Position numbers and translations under genes: made by a program | Shown: positions 1 through 9,483 of the stretch, piece after piece | Layout: every line of letters begins with the position of its first letter | Position numbering within the stretch: position 1 is the stretch's first letter | Assembly: GCA_963770955.1 (NCBI GenBank) | Contig: CAVYRK010000007.1 | Location: forward strand, 145,769-209,768 | Direction of reading: 5' to 3' | DNA from: an uncultured Actinomycetota bacterium | GTDB lineage: Bacteria > Actinomycetota > UBA4738 | DNA length: 64,000 nucleotides | The notes under the pieces: generated by a model | What the model was told of the DNA's origin: nothing | The model's input: the letters and a program-made list of their open reading frames with translations, nothing else | The model's database searches: none

Positions 1-138
1 CGGGATCAGGCGGATCCGGGCGTGGCTCCCCCGTGTGGATCCTCATGCCGCGGCGGAACGGCGGACGGGGCCGGACAAGCAAGGACCCCGGCGCCGCTCG
101 GCGCCGGGGTCCTGTTCACTTGCTTCTTCGTTGTCTGC

Positions 139-763
139 CTACGCCATCGCCGGAGTGACCGGAGTGGTTGTCGGGTGCTCGAACGCCCTGCCCTTGTGCC
201 AGGGGGTGCCAAGCGCCGGGAGCACGTAGCGGTCGAGGCCGTAGTAGCCGGCGTTGCGCCATGCGAGCACCAGCAGGACCGCGGCCAGGAAGAACACCGG
301 GTTGACGCCGGCGACGCCGGCCATCCCGAAGCTCATGTTCAGCATGCCGCCGAAGAACGCCGCGAGCCCGGTGAACAGCCCGAAGATCAGCGCGAGCCCG
401 ATCACGGTCTCGCCGATGGCGATGATCGGGGCCATCCAGCCGCCGCCCGTGGACAGGTAGTGCAGGAAGTTCGCGTACCAGCCGTAGTTGACGGCAGCGA
501 ACGGGTGTCCCGCGCCCTGCAGCGCGCCGGCCGCGAACCCCTTCAGCGCCGCCGAGCTCTTCAGCCAGGAGTCGCTGGTGTAGCCGAAGTGCCAGGTCCA
601 GAAGCCGCCGGAGGTCCCGGTGATCTTCTCCCACCCGGCGTGGAACCACTGGTAGCCGAGCCAGACCCGGACCACCAGCCAAAGCCATGCCGGCCTGGCG
701 GCTGGTGAAGAGCCACTGTGCGAACTTCGGCTCCTCGATGTTGACGGTCTCGTTCATCATCTC
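139..763 (-). CDS. DoxX-family integral membrane protein; the N-terminal ~25 aa (MMNETVNIEEPKFAQWLF...) lie in another frame at 687-763, so there is an apparent frameshift near 690
   Basis: ORF 139..675 shows hydrophobic DoxX-like segments (WLGYQWFHAGWEKI...). A strong SD GGAAGGGAGG sits 7 nt upstream of ATGATG at ~763, in a frame that joins the DoxX frame only with a 1-nt indel. Confidence 0.6.
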
Positions 764-857
764 TGCCTCCCTTCCTCTCTGGGAAGCAGCATCCGGCGTG
801 GGAAGCAAGCGCCCTACGGTCGGACGGCCCGTTCTGCGGGGGCCGTTCGGTCCGGGA

Positions 858-1517
858 TCAGGCGGATCCGGGCGTCTGGGTGTGGCGCGCGAGGTAGGCG
901 GCCGCCTCCGCGCGGCGTCCCACCTCCAGCTTGGAGAGGATGCTCGAGACGTAGTTCTTGACGGTCTTCTCGGCGAGGTGCAGCTCCTCGCCGATCTGCT
1001 TGTTGGTCTGGCCGTCGGCGACCAGGGCCAGGATGCGCTCTTCCTGCGGAGACAGCCGGGCGAGCTTGTCGTCCTTCATCAGGTGCTTGCCCCTCCGCAG
1101 GCGGTCGAGCACCGCCTTGGTGACCTGAGGATCCAGCAGGCTCTTGCCCTGGCCCACCTCCCTGATCGCCTTCACGATCTCCGTGCCCTGGATCTGCTTG
1201 AGCACGTAGCCGGAGGCGCCGGCCATGATCGAGGCGAACAGAGCCTCGTCGTCGGCGAACGACGTCAGCATCAGGACCTGGGTCTTGGGACGCTTGGCGC
1301 GGATCTCCCGCGTCGCCTCGATCCCGCTGCCGTCCGCCAGGCGGACGTCCATGACGACCACGTCGGGGCGCGTTCGCTCGGCCTCCTCGACCGCCGCGCG
1401 CACCGAGCCCGCTTCCGCGCAGATCACGATGTCGTCCGCCGCCTCGAGCAGGGCCCGGACCCCGTCCCGGACGACCTCGTGGTCGTCCACCAGCATGACG
1501 CGCAGCGGCGTGGTCAT
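858..1517 (-). CDS. dosR: LuxR/NarL-family two-component response regulator, DevR/DosR-like
   Basis: 219 aa with an N-terminal receiver (MLVDDHEVVRDGVRALLE...DVVVMDVRLADGSG) and a C-terminal LuxR HTH (LSPQEERILALVADGQTNKQIGEELHLAEKTVKNYVSSILSKL). Lies immediately downstream of a GAF-GAF kinase. Confidence 0.85.
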   Translation of the reverse strand: MTTPLRVMLVDDHEVVRDGVRALLEAADDIVICAEAGSVRAAVEEAERTRPDVVVMDVRLADGSGIEATREIRAKRPKTQVLMLTSFADDEALFASIMAGASGYVLKQIQGTEIVKAIREVGQGKSLLDPQVTKAVLDRLRRGKHLMKDDKLARLSPQEERILALVADGQTNKQIGEELHLAEKTVKNYVSSILSKLEVGRRAEAAAYLARHTQTPGSA

Positions 1518-1563
1518 GCGCCCATGCTCTCATCCCGGACGGGCTTGGCCCAACCCCGGACCG

Positions 1564-3183
1564 TCACGACCGAAAGGCGATGCGAAGGGTGGTTCCTTCC
1601 CCGGGGATCGAGGTCAGGTCCAGGGACGCCCCCATCCCCTCCGCCCGCTGGAGCATGTTGCGCAGGCCCTGCCCCGCCGGCGGCGGAGACGAGACGTCGA
1701 AGCCGCGTCCGTCGTCGTCGACCAGCAGGACGGGACCATCGTGCTCCATCGCGAGCGACACGCGCACCGTCGCCGCGCCCGCGTGACGGCCCACGTTCGA
1801 AAGTGCCTCGCGGGCGAGCTGGACGACGTCCGTGGCCTTCCCGGCGAGGGCGGCAGCAGCGCGAGGATCCACCTCGGCGACGGTGACGACCCCGGTCCGC
1901 TCGGCGAACTCGGCACCGAGCTGCCGGAGGGCGTCGTCCAGCCGCCCGCCGGCGAGGATGTCGGGGCGCAGTCCGAAGATGTAGCTGCGGAGGTCCTTGA
2001 TCACCCGGTCGAGCTCCTCGACGCCGCCCTCGATCCGCCGGGCGATGTCCTCGTCCCCGGCCAGCATCGCCGTCCCCTGGAGTCCCATGCCGACGGCGAA
2101 CAGGGACTGGATCACGCCGTCGTGCAGCTCCTTGGCGATCCGCTCCCGGTCTTCCATGAGCGTCAGGCGCTGCAGCTGGCGCTGCGCGTCTCCGAACTCG
2201 ACGGCCACGGACGCCTGTGCAGCGAACGCTTCCACCAGATCGACCTGCGCTTCTGTGAAGGGCTCCGCCCCAATGGGATTGGCGACAGACAGCGTGCCGA
2301 AGGCCTGGTTCCGGACGATCAGCGGAATGAACATCGTGGGACCCATGCGCGTCAACTCGATGAGCGCCTCGTACGCGCGCTCGTCCTCCGACGCGTTCTC
2401 GACGACGATCGGCTTCCCCAGGCTGATCACACTTCCCGAGATCGAGCCTTCGAGGGGAACGACGGTTCCCTCCAGTCCGTCGGTGTCCCTTCCGTCCGCC
2501 GCCGCGACGACGAGCGAACCATCCTGCTCCCCGTCGGGAAGCACGACCCAGGCCATCGTGGCGCCGGCGAGCTCGCGGGAGCGCGCCACCACGAGGCCGA
2601 GCGCCTCCTTCACCTCCCCGCCGGCGAGGATGGCGGTCGTCACCTCGCCCAGGGCGGCGAGCCAGCGGCCACGGCTCTCGGATTGCTCGTACAGCCGGGC
2701 ATTCGCCACCGCGATCCCCGCCTGCGCGGCCAGGATCACCAGAGACGTCTGATCCTCCTCCGTGAACGGCGACCCGCCCTGCTTCTCCGTGAGGTAGATG
2801 TTGCCGAAGACCTCGCCGCGGGCCGTCACCGGGGCGCCGAGGAACGTCCGCATCGGTGGATGGTTCGGCGGGAAGCCGACGGACCGTGGGTCGTCCGCGA
2901 TCGAGGCCAGCCGAAACGGCCTCACGTCCTTGATGAGGGCGCCGAGGACGCCCCGTCCCGTGGGAGGGTGCCCGATGGCGCGGCGTTCCTCCGGAGTGAC
3001 CCCCACGGTCACGAACTCGATGATCCGATCCCCGGGGCCGAGCACTCCCAGCGCGCCGTACCGGGCGCCGGTGAGCTCTACCCCGAGCTCGACGATGGCC
3101 TGCAGCACCAAGGGAAGGGACAACTCCGACGAGAGCGCGAGCCCCGCCTCCAGCAGCACATCCCTTTGATCTCGCCCGGCCAT
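1564..3183 (-). CDS. dosS: Sensor histidine kinase with tandem GAF domains, DevS/DosS/DosT-like
   Basis: 539 aa with two GAF-like regions followed by a HisKA_3 region (ERIAKELHDGVIQSLF) and HATPase_c (GRGFDVSS...GLRNMLQRAEGMGASLDL). Adjacent to the LuxR-type regulator. Confidence 0.85.
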   Translation of the reverse strand: MAGRDQRDVLLEAGLALSSELSLPLVLQAIVELGVELTGARYGALGVLGPGDRIIEFVTVGVTPEERRAIGHPPTGRGVLGALIKDVRPFRLASIADDPRSVGFPPNHPPMRTFLGAPVTARGEVFGNIYLTEKQGGSPFTEEDQTSLVILAAQAGIAVANARLYEQSESRGRWLAALGEVTTAILAGGEVKEALGLVVARSRELAGATMAWVVLPDGEQDGSLVVAAADGRDTDGLEGTVVPLEGSISGSVISLGKPIVVENASEDERAYEALIELTRMGPTMFIPLIVRNQAFGTLSVANPIGAEPFTEAQVDLVEAFAAQASVAVEFGDAQRQLQRLTLMEDRERIAKELHDGVIQSLFAVGMGLQGTAMLAGDEDIARRIEGGVEELDRVIKDLRSYIFGLRPDILAGGRLDDALRQLGAEFAERTGVVTVAEVDPRAAAALAGKATDVVQLAREALSNVGRHAGAATVRVSLAMEHDGPVLLVDDDGRGFDVSSPPPAGQGLRNMLQRAEGMGASLDLTSIPGEGTTLRIAFRS

Positions 3184-3222
3184 GGCACCTCGGGCCGGAG
3201 ACTACCATCGGCCGCCCGGTGC

Positions 3223-3651
3223 TCAGGTCGCCGGATGTGCCTTCGACACGGCGCGATCCAGCGCCCGCAGCACCGCGCGGCTCGATGGTGGGCGGCGAAC
3301 GATCATCGCGCCCTCGCCGCGCAGGAGCGAGGCTTCCTCGCCCGGCTCGACGATGGCGACGAGCGCGAGACCCAGGTCCCGGTACAGCAGCGCCAACTGC
3401 CATCCGGTCGCTCCGCCGTAGAGCTCGTCTCCGAGCAGGACGGTGTCCAGCACGACGGCGTCGGCGCCCGAGGCCAATGGACACGTCCCGGTCCGCACGC
3501 CGACGCAGGCGTCGTCCGGGCTCGGCCCCGGGCAGGCGAGCACCTCGTGACCGGCCGTCTCGAGGGATCGTCCGATCTCGTCCCGGACGCGCTCGTCGGC
3601 GGCGACCAGCAGGACGCGAACTGAAGCCTTTCCCCTCACGTGCTGTCTCAT
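3223..3651 (-). CDS. Stand-alone receiver-like (REC) domain protein, possibly atypical, 40 nt upstream of dosS
   Basis: MRQHVRGKASVRVLLVAADERVRDEIGRSLETAGHEVL...AVVLDTVL resembles a CheY-like receiver fold. Same strand and tight spacing to dosS. Confidence 0.4.
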   Translation of the reverse strand: MRQHVRGKASVRVLLVAADERVRDEIGRSLETAGHEVLACPGPSPDDACVGVRTGTCPLASGADAVVLDTVLLGDELYGGATGWQLALLYRDLGLALVAIVEPGEEASLLRGEGAMIVRRPPSSRAVLRALDRAVSKAHPAT

Positions 3652-3696
3652 GTCACCCCAGCGTCGGTCGCGAGGCGTTGCCGGCCAAGGGTCGAG

Positions 3697-3717
3697 GGTC
3701 CCGCCGAAGGAGGGACC
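3697..3717. promoter_or_regulatory. Perfect inverted repeat GGTCCC-N9-GGGACC, 45-65 nt upstream of the REC-dosS-dosR operon start; candidate operator
   Basis: Read directly: GGTCCCgccgaaggaGGGACC. Similar GTCCC-N9-GGGACC and GGACCC-N9-GGGTCC elements occur at 34875-34943. Confidence 0.3.
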
Positions 3718-3735
3718 AAGCACCGTTCGCAAACG

Positions 3736-3757
3736 CGGAGCGGGGGGCGAGCGCCCC
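3736..3757 (-). terminator. Perfect GC hairpin (GCGGGGGGCG-ag-CGCCCCCCGC) just 3' of the COG2403 gene; intrinsic-terminator-like
   Basis: 10-bp perfect inverted repeat with a 2-nt loop read directly from the sequence. On the minus strand it is followed by TCCGCGTTTG, a weak U-tract. Confidence 0.4.
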
Positions 3758-3784
3758 CCGCTCGAGCGTCCGGTCCGGCGTCGG

Positions 3785-5107
3785 TCACGCGACGGCGACC
3801 GAGAGCACCGGCGCCACGATGTCCTTCAGCGTGGGAACCCCCGGCAGCTCCCGCAGCGAGTACGTGACCCGGACCGCGGGACGCGGGATGCGGATCAGGT
3901 GCCGGAGGTCGATCGGGGTCGCCACGACCACCACCTCGCAGTCGGTCGCCGCGATGGCGGCTTCGAGCTCTGCGAGCTGCCCGGGCGAGTAGCCCTCGGC
4001 GGGAAGGACGGGGCCGACGTCGTACCTGTCGAACACGGCCTTCAGCGAGCCGGTGACGAACGGGCGCGGGTCGACGATCTCCTTCGCGCCGGCCCGCTGG
4101 GCCGCCACCACCCCGGCGCCGTACTTCATCCCTCCGTGGGTGAGGGTCGGACCGTCCTCGATGACCAGGACGCGCCGCCCCGCGATCGGCACGTCTCCCT
4201 CGATCCTCAGCGTGCTCTCCGCTCGGATCACCTCGGCGGAGGGATTGAGGTGGCGGATCGTCCGCTCCAGGGTCTCGACGGCCTCGGGCGTGGCGGCGTC
4301 GACCTTGTTGATCACCACGACGTCGGCCATCCGGAGGGCCGCCTCGCCCGGGTGGAACAACGTCTCGTCGCCCGTGCGAAGGGGATCCGCGACCACGATC
4401 AGGAGGTTCGGGCGGTAGAAGGGCAGGTCGTTGTTCCCGCCGTCCCACAGGAGCACGTCGCACTCCGTCTGGGCCCGTTCCAGGATCGCGCCGTAGTCCA
4501 CCCCGGCGTACACGACGGTCCCGCTCCGGATGTGGTGCTCGTACTCCTCCCGTTCCTCCACCGTGACCCGCGCGATGTCGAGGTCCTCGAGCGAGGCGAA
4601 TCGCTGGATGCGCTCGGCCACTAGGTCCCCGTAGGGCATCGGATGTCGCACGACGACCGGGCGGAGTCCCGCGGATCGCACGATCTCGGCGATGGCCCGC
4701 GTCGTCTGGCTCTTGCCGGCGCCCGTGCGGACCGCGCAGACGGCGATCACCGGCACGTTCGCCGGCAGCATCGTCGCATCCGGTCCGAGCAACGTGAAGC
4801 TCGCGCCGGCGGCGAGCGCCTTGCTCGCCCGGTGCATCACGTACTCGTGCGAGACGTCGGAGTAGCTGAACACCACCTCGTCGACCTTGAGCTCCCCGAC
4901 GAGCTCCTCCATCCGCTCCTCCGGATAGATGGGGATCCCGAGCGGATAGCCCTCGCCGGCCAGCTCGGCCGGGTACGTCCGGTCGTCGATGAACGGTATC
5001 TGCGCGGCGGTGAAGGCCACGACCTCCACGTCTCGGTCGTCGCGGAACACGACGTTGAAGTTGTGGAAGTCGCGTCCCGCGGCTCCCATGATGAGCACTC
5101 GCTTCAT
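3785..5107 (-). CDS. COG2403-family P-loop protein (cyclic 2,3-diphosphoglycerate synthetase-like)
   Basis: 440 aa. A Walker A-like motif GAGKSQTT follows an N-terminal Rossmann-like MKRVLIMGAAGRDFHNF; size and architecture fit the cDPG-synthetase/COG2403 family. Identity rests on memory of the family and is not verified. Confidence 0.5.
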   Translation of the reverse strand: MKRVLIMGAAGRDFHNFNVVFRDDRDVEVVAFTAAQIPFIDDRTYPAELAGEGYPLGIPIYPEERMEELVGELKVDEVVFSYSDVSHEYVMHRASKALAAGASFTLLGPDATMLPANVPVIAVCAVRTGAGKSQTTRAIAEIVRSAGLRPVVVRHPMPYGDLVAERIQRFASLEDLDIARVTVEEREEYEHHIRSGTVVYAGVDYGAILERAQTECDVLLWDGGNNDLPFYRPNLLIVVADPLRTGDETLFHPGEAALRMADVVVINKVDAATPEAVETLERTIRHLNPSAEVIRAESTLRIEGDVPIAGRRVLVIEDGPTLTHGGMKYGAGVVAAQRAGAKEIVDPRPFVTGSLKAVFDRYDVGPVLPAEGYSPGQLAELEAAIAATDCEVVVVATPIDLRHLIRIPRPAVRVTYSLRELPGVPTLKDIVAPVLSVAVA

Positions 5108-5140
5108 CGTCCCTCACTCCCTTTCTCTCATTGCATCGCC

Positions 5141-6674
5141 TCAGAGCGCGCCACGCCGTTCCCGATCGACAGGTCGGCGCGGCGCCTCCTCCAGCGTGAC
5201 GACGCCCATGCGCTCGAGCTCCACGGCGTGCCGGCGCTCGATCTCGGCGTGCTGGCGCCAGCGCATCAGCACGTAGACGGGGATGCCTGCCATCAGCAGC
5301 AGGAAGCCCCATGCGATCGTCTTCTCGCCCGAGCCCACCATCGCCCAGAACGCGTACCCGAAGCCCAGCAGCGCGATGATCGCGTCACGCACCAGCGACC
5401 GGCCGGCGAACCGGTCCGGCTCGCGGATCATCAGGACCAGGTGCGAGGCGGCGGCAAACGCGTACGGAACCAGCGTCGTCAGTGTGGCCAGGAGGATGAC
5501 GTTCCAGAACTGGTCCACCAGGCTCTTGCTGGAGTAGACCAGCATCAGCCCGCTGACCAGCACCGAGGAGACCACCAATCCGAACACGGGCGTGCGGCTC
5601 TTCCCGTTCACCACTCCGAACCGCTTGGGGAACAACCCATCCTGCGCGGCGGCCAGCGGAATGCGGCCCTGGATCAAGATCCAGCCGTTCAGGGCTCCGA
5701 ACGTGGAGATCAGCGCCACGAGCGCCACGAGCTTCTCCCATGTCAACCCGAGGAAGCTGCCCGTCCCGAACATCTCACGGGCGGCGTCGGCGAACGGGGC
5801 CGTCGACCCGGCCAGCTGCGCCATGGGGAGCACCCCCATGACGGCGATCGTCGCCAGCACGTAGACAACGGTCGTCGCGAGCGTGCCGAAGATCGTCGCG
5901 CGGGGGATGGTCTTCTTCGGCTCGCGGACCTCCTCGGCCGGCACCGTCGCCGATTCGAGGCCGATGAAGGCCCAGAGCGTCAGCGCGGCAGCGGCCGTGA
6001 TGCCGCCGATCATTCCGTCCCCCGTCCCCAATCCGTGGGGGGCGAAGGGCGTGAAGTGCGCTCCGTGGAGGAAGAAGAGCCCGGCGATGCCGATGCCCAG
6101 CAACGGAACGAACTTTAGGACGGTCGTGACGACCTGCACGACGTCCGGTCTGGCGGACGCCGACCGAGTTGACGAGCGTCAGGAGCCAGATCAGGCCGAT
6201 GCCGACCAGCGACGCCAGCAGATTGTTGTCGAGCACCGCGGGCCAGAACACCCCGAGGTAGGCAACGAACGCGACCGCGATGGCCGCGTTGCCGACCCAG
6301 GCGGCGATCCAGTACCCCCACGCGGTCCAGAAGCCGGCGAAATCACCGAATGCCCGGTGGGCGTAGGCGTACGGCCCGCCGGTCCGCGGATACGTGCGGC
6401 CCAACGTGGCGAACACCAGCGCGAGGAGCATCGCCCCGATGCCCGTGAACGCCCAGGCCAGGATCGAGCTCGAACCCGAGATCAGCACGACCGCGGCGAG
6501 CGACGCGGGCAGCAGGAAGACCCCGGAGCCGATCATGTTCCCGACGACGAGCGCCGTGGACATCCACGTTCCGAGGTCCCGCCTCAGCTCGGGCGACGTG
6601 TGCTCGGTCGGGATCGGGGGATTCTTCGTGCGTTCCATGACGATCCCTCCCTTCGCGGGGCGTGTCCACCCCAC
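5141..6674 (-). CDS. APC-superfamily amino-acid permease/antiporter; apparent frameshift near 6120-6170 splits it into two ORFs
   Basis: ORF 5775..6674 carries APC N-terminal TM helices (GSGVFLLPASLA...). ORF 5141..6139 carries the remaining TM helices and C-terminus. The two frames overlap over ~6120-6170 (exact point not resolved by eye). Confidence 0.75.
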
Positions 6675-6751
6675 GCATTCATGCTGGATCGCCGGTGTCC
6701 GGCCCGGTCCGCCGAAGGTCCCCCGACGGGGGGGACCCGTGTGAGGGCGTG

Positions 6752-9473
6752 TCAGACGCGCCGCGCGCTGATGGGCGGCGGCTTCGGGATGGACTCGAGC
6801 CGGATGCGGGCGTCGACCACCACCGCCCCGTGCTCGAGCACCATCACGGGGTTCAGATCCATCTCGGCGATCTCGGGATGCGCTTCGACCAGGGCCCCGA
6901 CACGCAGGACGAGCTCCTCGAGCGCCGCGACGTCCGCCTTCGGGGCCCCCCGGTACCCGTCGAGCAGCGGGAAGGTGCCGAGGGAGCGCACCATGTCGTG
7001 GACGTTGCGGTCGGTGATCGGGGTGATGCGAACGGCGACGTCCTTCAGCAGCTCCGCCGCCGTCCCGCCGGCGCCGCAGGCAACGACCGGACCGAACACG
7101 GGGTCGTGCACCACCCCGACGAGCATCTCGATCCCGCCCGTGATCATGCGCTGCACGAGGAACCCGGTCGGGTGAAGCCCCTCGTCGACGAGCCGGGCGG
7201 ACATCTCCCGCGCGGCGGCCGTCACCCGCCGCCGTCCCCGGAGGCCGAGGCGGACCAAGCCCGCTTCCGTCTTGTGCGTCATCCCGGGCACGACTGTCTT
7301 GAGCGCGACGGGGCCACGCATGTCCTCGGCCACCCGGCCCGCCTTCGCGGCCGACGACACCGTCGCCTCCTCGACCCGCGTCACGCCGTAGCAGTCGAGC
7401 AGCACGGCGATGTCCTCCGGGGACAGCCAGCCGCCCCCGCGGTCGAGCGCGTCCGCGACCAGGCCTGCCGCCTGGTCGGCGCGAAGGTCGTCGAACACGC
7501 GGACGGTCCCCTCGGGCTGCTCCCGCCAGGTGGCGTAGTCCACCGCCCGGGCGAGTCCGTGCGCGGCGTCCTCCGGGAAGGAGAACGTGGGCAGGTGCAC
7601 CGAGCCGGGCGGATTCAGCGCGGCCGGCGGCCCGGCCGACATCATGAAGACGGTCAGGAGCGGCAGCCGCCCGCCGAGCGACGCGGCTGCCGCGCGAAGC
7701 TCCGTCGCCACGTCCACCGGATCAGTCACGAGCGGAGGGATGAAGATCGCGACGATCGCGTCGGCCACGCCGGCCTCCGCCAGGACCTCGGTGGTCCGGC
7801 GGTAGTGCTCGGCGGTGGCGGAGGCGATCATGTCGACGGGATTCGACAGGCCGGCCTCCGCGGGAAGGAACTCCGCGAGGCGTCCGCGGACCTCTTCCGG
7901 CAGCGTCGGGACTTCCAACCCCAGGCCCTCGCACGCGTCCGCGCAGAGGATGCCGGGACCTCCCGCGTTGGTCAGGATGGCCACCCGGCGGCCGCGCGGG
8001 CAGCGGCTGGTTCGCGAGCAGCGACGCGACGTCGAACAGCTCCTCCAGCGAATCGGTGCGGATGACGCCGGCCTGATGGAAGAGCGCATCCACCGTGAGG
8101 TCGGAGGACGCGAGCATCGCGCCGGTGTGCGAGGACGTCGCGCGCGCGCCCGCCGTCGAACGGCCGCTCTTGACCGCAACGATCGGCTTCGTGCGCCCGA
8201 CCCGGCGGGAGATGCGCGCGAACCGGCGCGGGTTGCCGAAGGACTCCAGGTAGAGCAGGACCAGGGACGTCCCCGGGTCGGCCTCCCAGTACGAGAGCAG
8301 GTCGTTGCTGGAGATGTCGGCCTTGTTGCCCACCGAGATGAACGACGACAGCCCGAGGCCGCGGGCCTGGGCGAGATCCATGACCGCGAGGCCGAGCGCG
8401 CCGCTCTGGGAGAGGAAGCCGATGGTGCCGGGCGGCGGAGAGAGCGGAGAGAACGTGGCGTTCAGGTTCACGTCCGGGTCGGTGTTGACGATCCCCATGC
8501 AGTTCGGCCCGATCAGCCGCATCCCCGACTCGTGGCAGATGCGGACCAGCTCCAGCTGGCGGGCCCTGCCCTCCTCCCCCGCTTCGCCGAAGCCCGCCGA
8601 GATGACCACCAGGCCCCGGACGCCGTTCTCCCCACACGCGCGCGCCACGTCGGCGACGGACGCCGCGGGAACCGCGACGACCGCCACGTCCACGGGCTCG
8701 GGAAGGTCCTCCACGCTCGCGTAGGCGCGCACCGACTGCACGACCTCCGCGCCGGGGTTCACCGGATAGACGGGACCGGTGAAGCCGCTCTCCAGCAGGT
8801 TGTGGAACAGCTCGCCGCCGATCGTGCCGCGTCTCCGTGAGGCGCCGATCACCGCGACCGAGCGCGGGTGCAGGAACAGGCGGAGCGCCGCCACGGCCGC
8901 GGTGTCCTCCCGCGCCTCGAATCGGGTGACCGCCTCGGGCGTCATCGACGTCGGGAACTCCACGAGCACCGCGCCCGGCACGCTTCGCAGCCGGACGGGG
9001 AATCCCGCCTCCCGGAACACCTCGATCATCAGATGGTTGGAGGGCATCACCTGGGCCTCGAACGTGTGAATGCCGCTGTCGGCCGCGTGCTCGGCGAGAT
9101 GCCCCACCATGAGGGTGCCCATGCCCAGCCCCTGCATCGCGTCCGCGACGGTGAACGCGACCTCGGCTCGCTCCGGCGCGGTGCGTGCGTACATGGCGTG
9201 GCCGACCACGCGGGCCTCCGGACCGTGGGTGGCGACGATCGCGTAGCGGTCGCGGTAGTCGACGTCCACGAATCGCTGCGACTCCGCCTCCAGGTTCACG
9301 GACGCGGAGAAGAAGCGCAGGTACCGCGACTCGATGGACAGGTCCTCGAGGAAGCCGGCGATCGACGCACGGTCGTCGGGTCGCACCGGACGCACGCGCA
9401 CGGTCGAGCCGTCGCGAAGCGCGAGGTCGACCTCGCGCCGCGACGGGTAGTCGGTGGGCAGGGTCTCCGTCAT
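6752..9473 (-). CDS. GNAT acetyltransferase fused to an NDP(ADP)-forming acyl-CoA synthetase (CoA-binding + ATP-grasp); PatA-like protein acetyltransferase architecture; apparent frameshift near 7980-8180
   Basis: The N-terminus has a GNAT fold (MQGLGMGTLMVGHLAEHAADSGIHTFEAQV). It is followed by a CoA-binding/succinyl-CoA-synthetase-like domain (PRSVAVIGASRRRGTIGG...GPNCMGIVN...SQSGALG), then an ATP-grasp part in the second ORF (6752..8179). The domains are contiguous only across a frame change. Confidence 0.7.
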
Positions 9474-9483
9474 GTCCGAGCGC

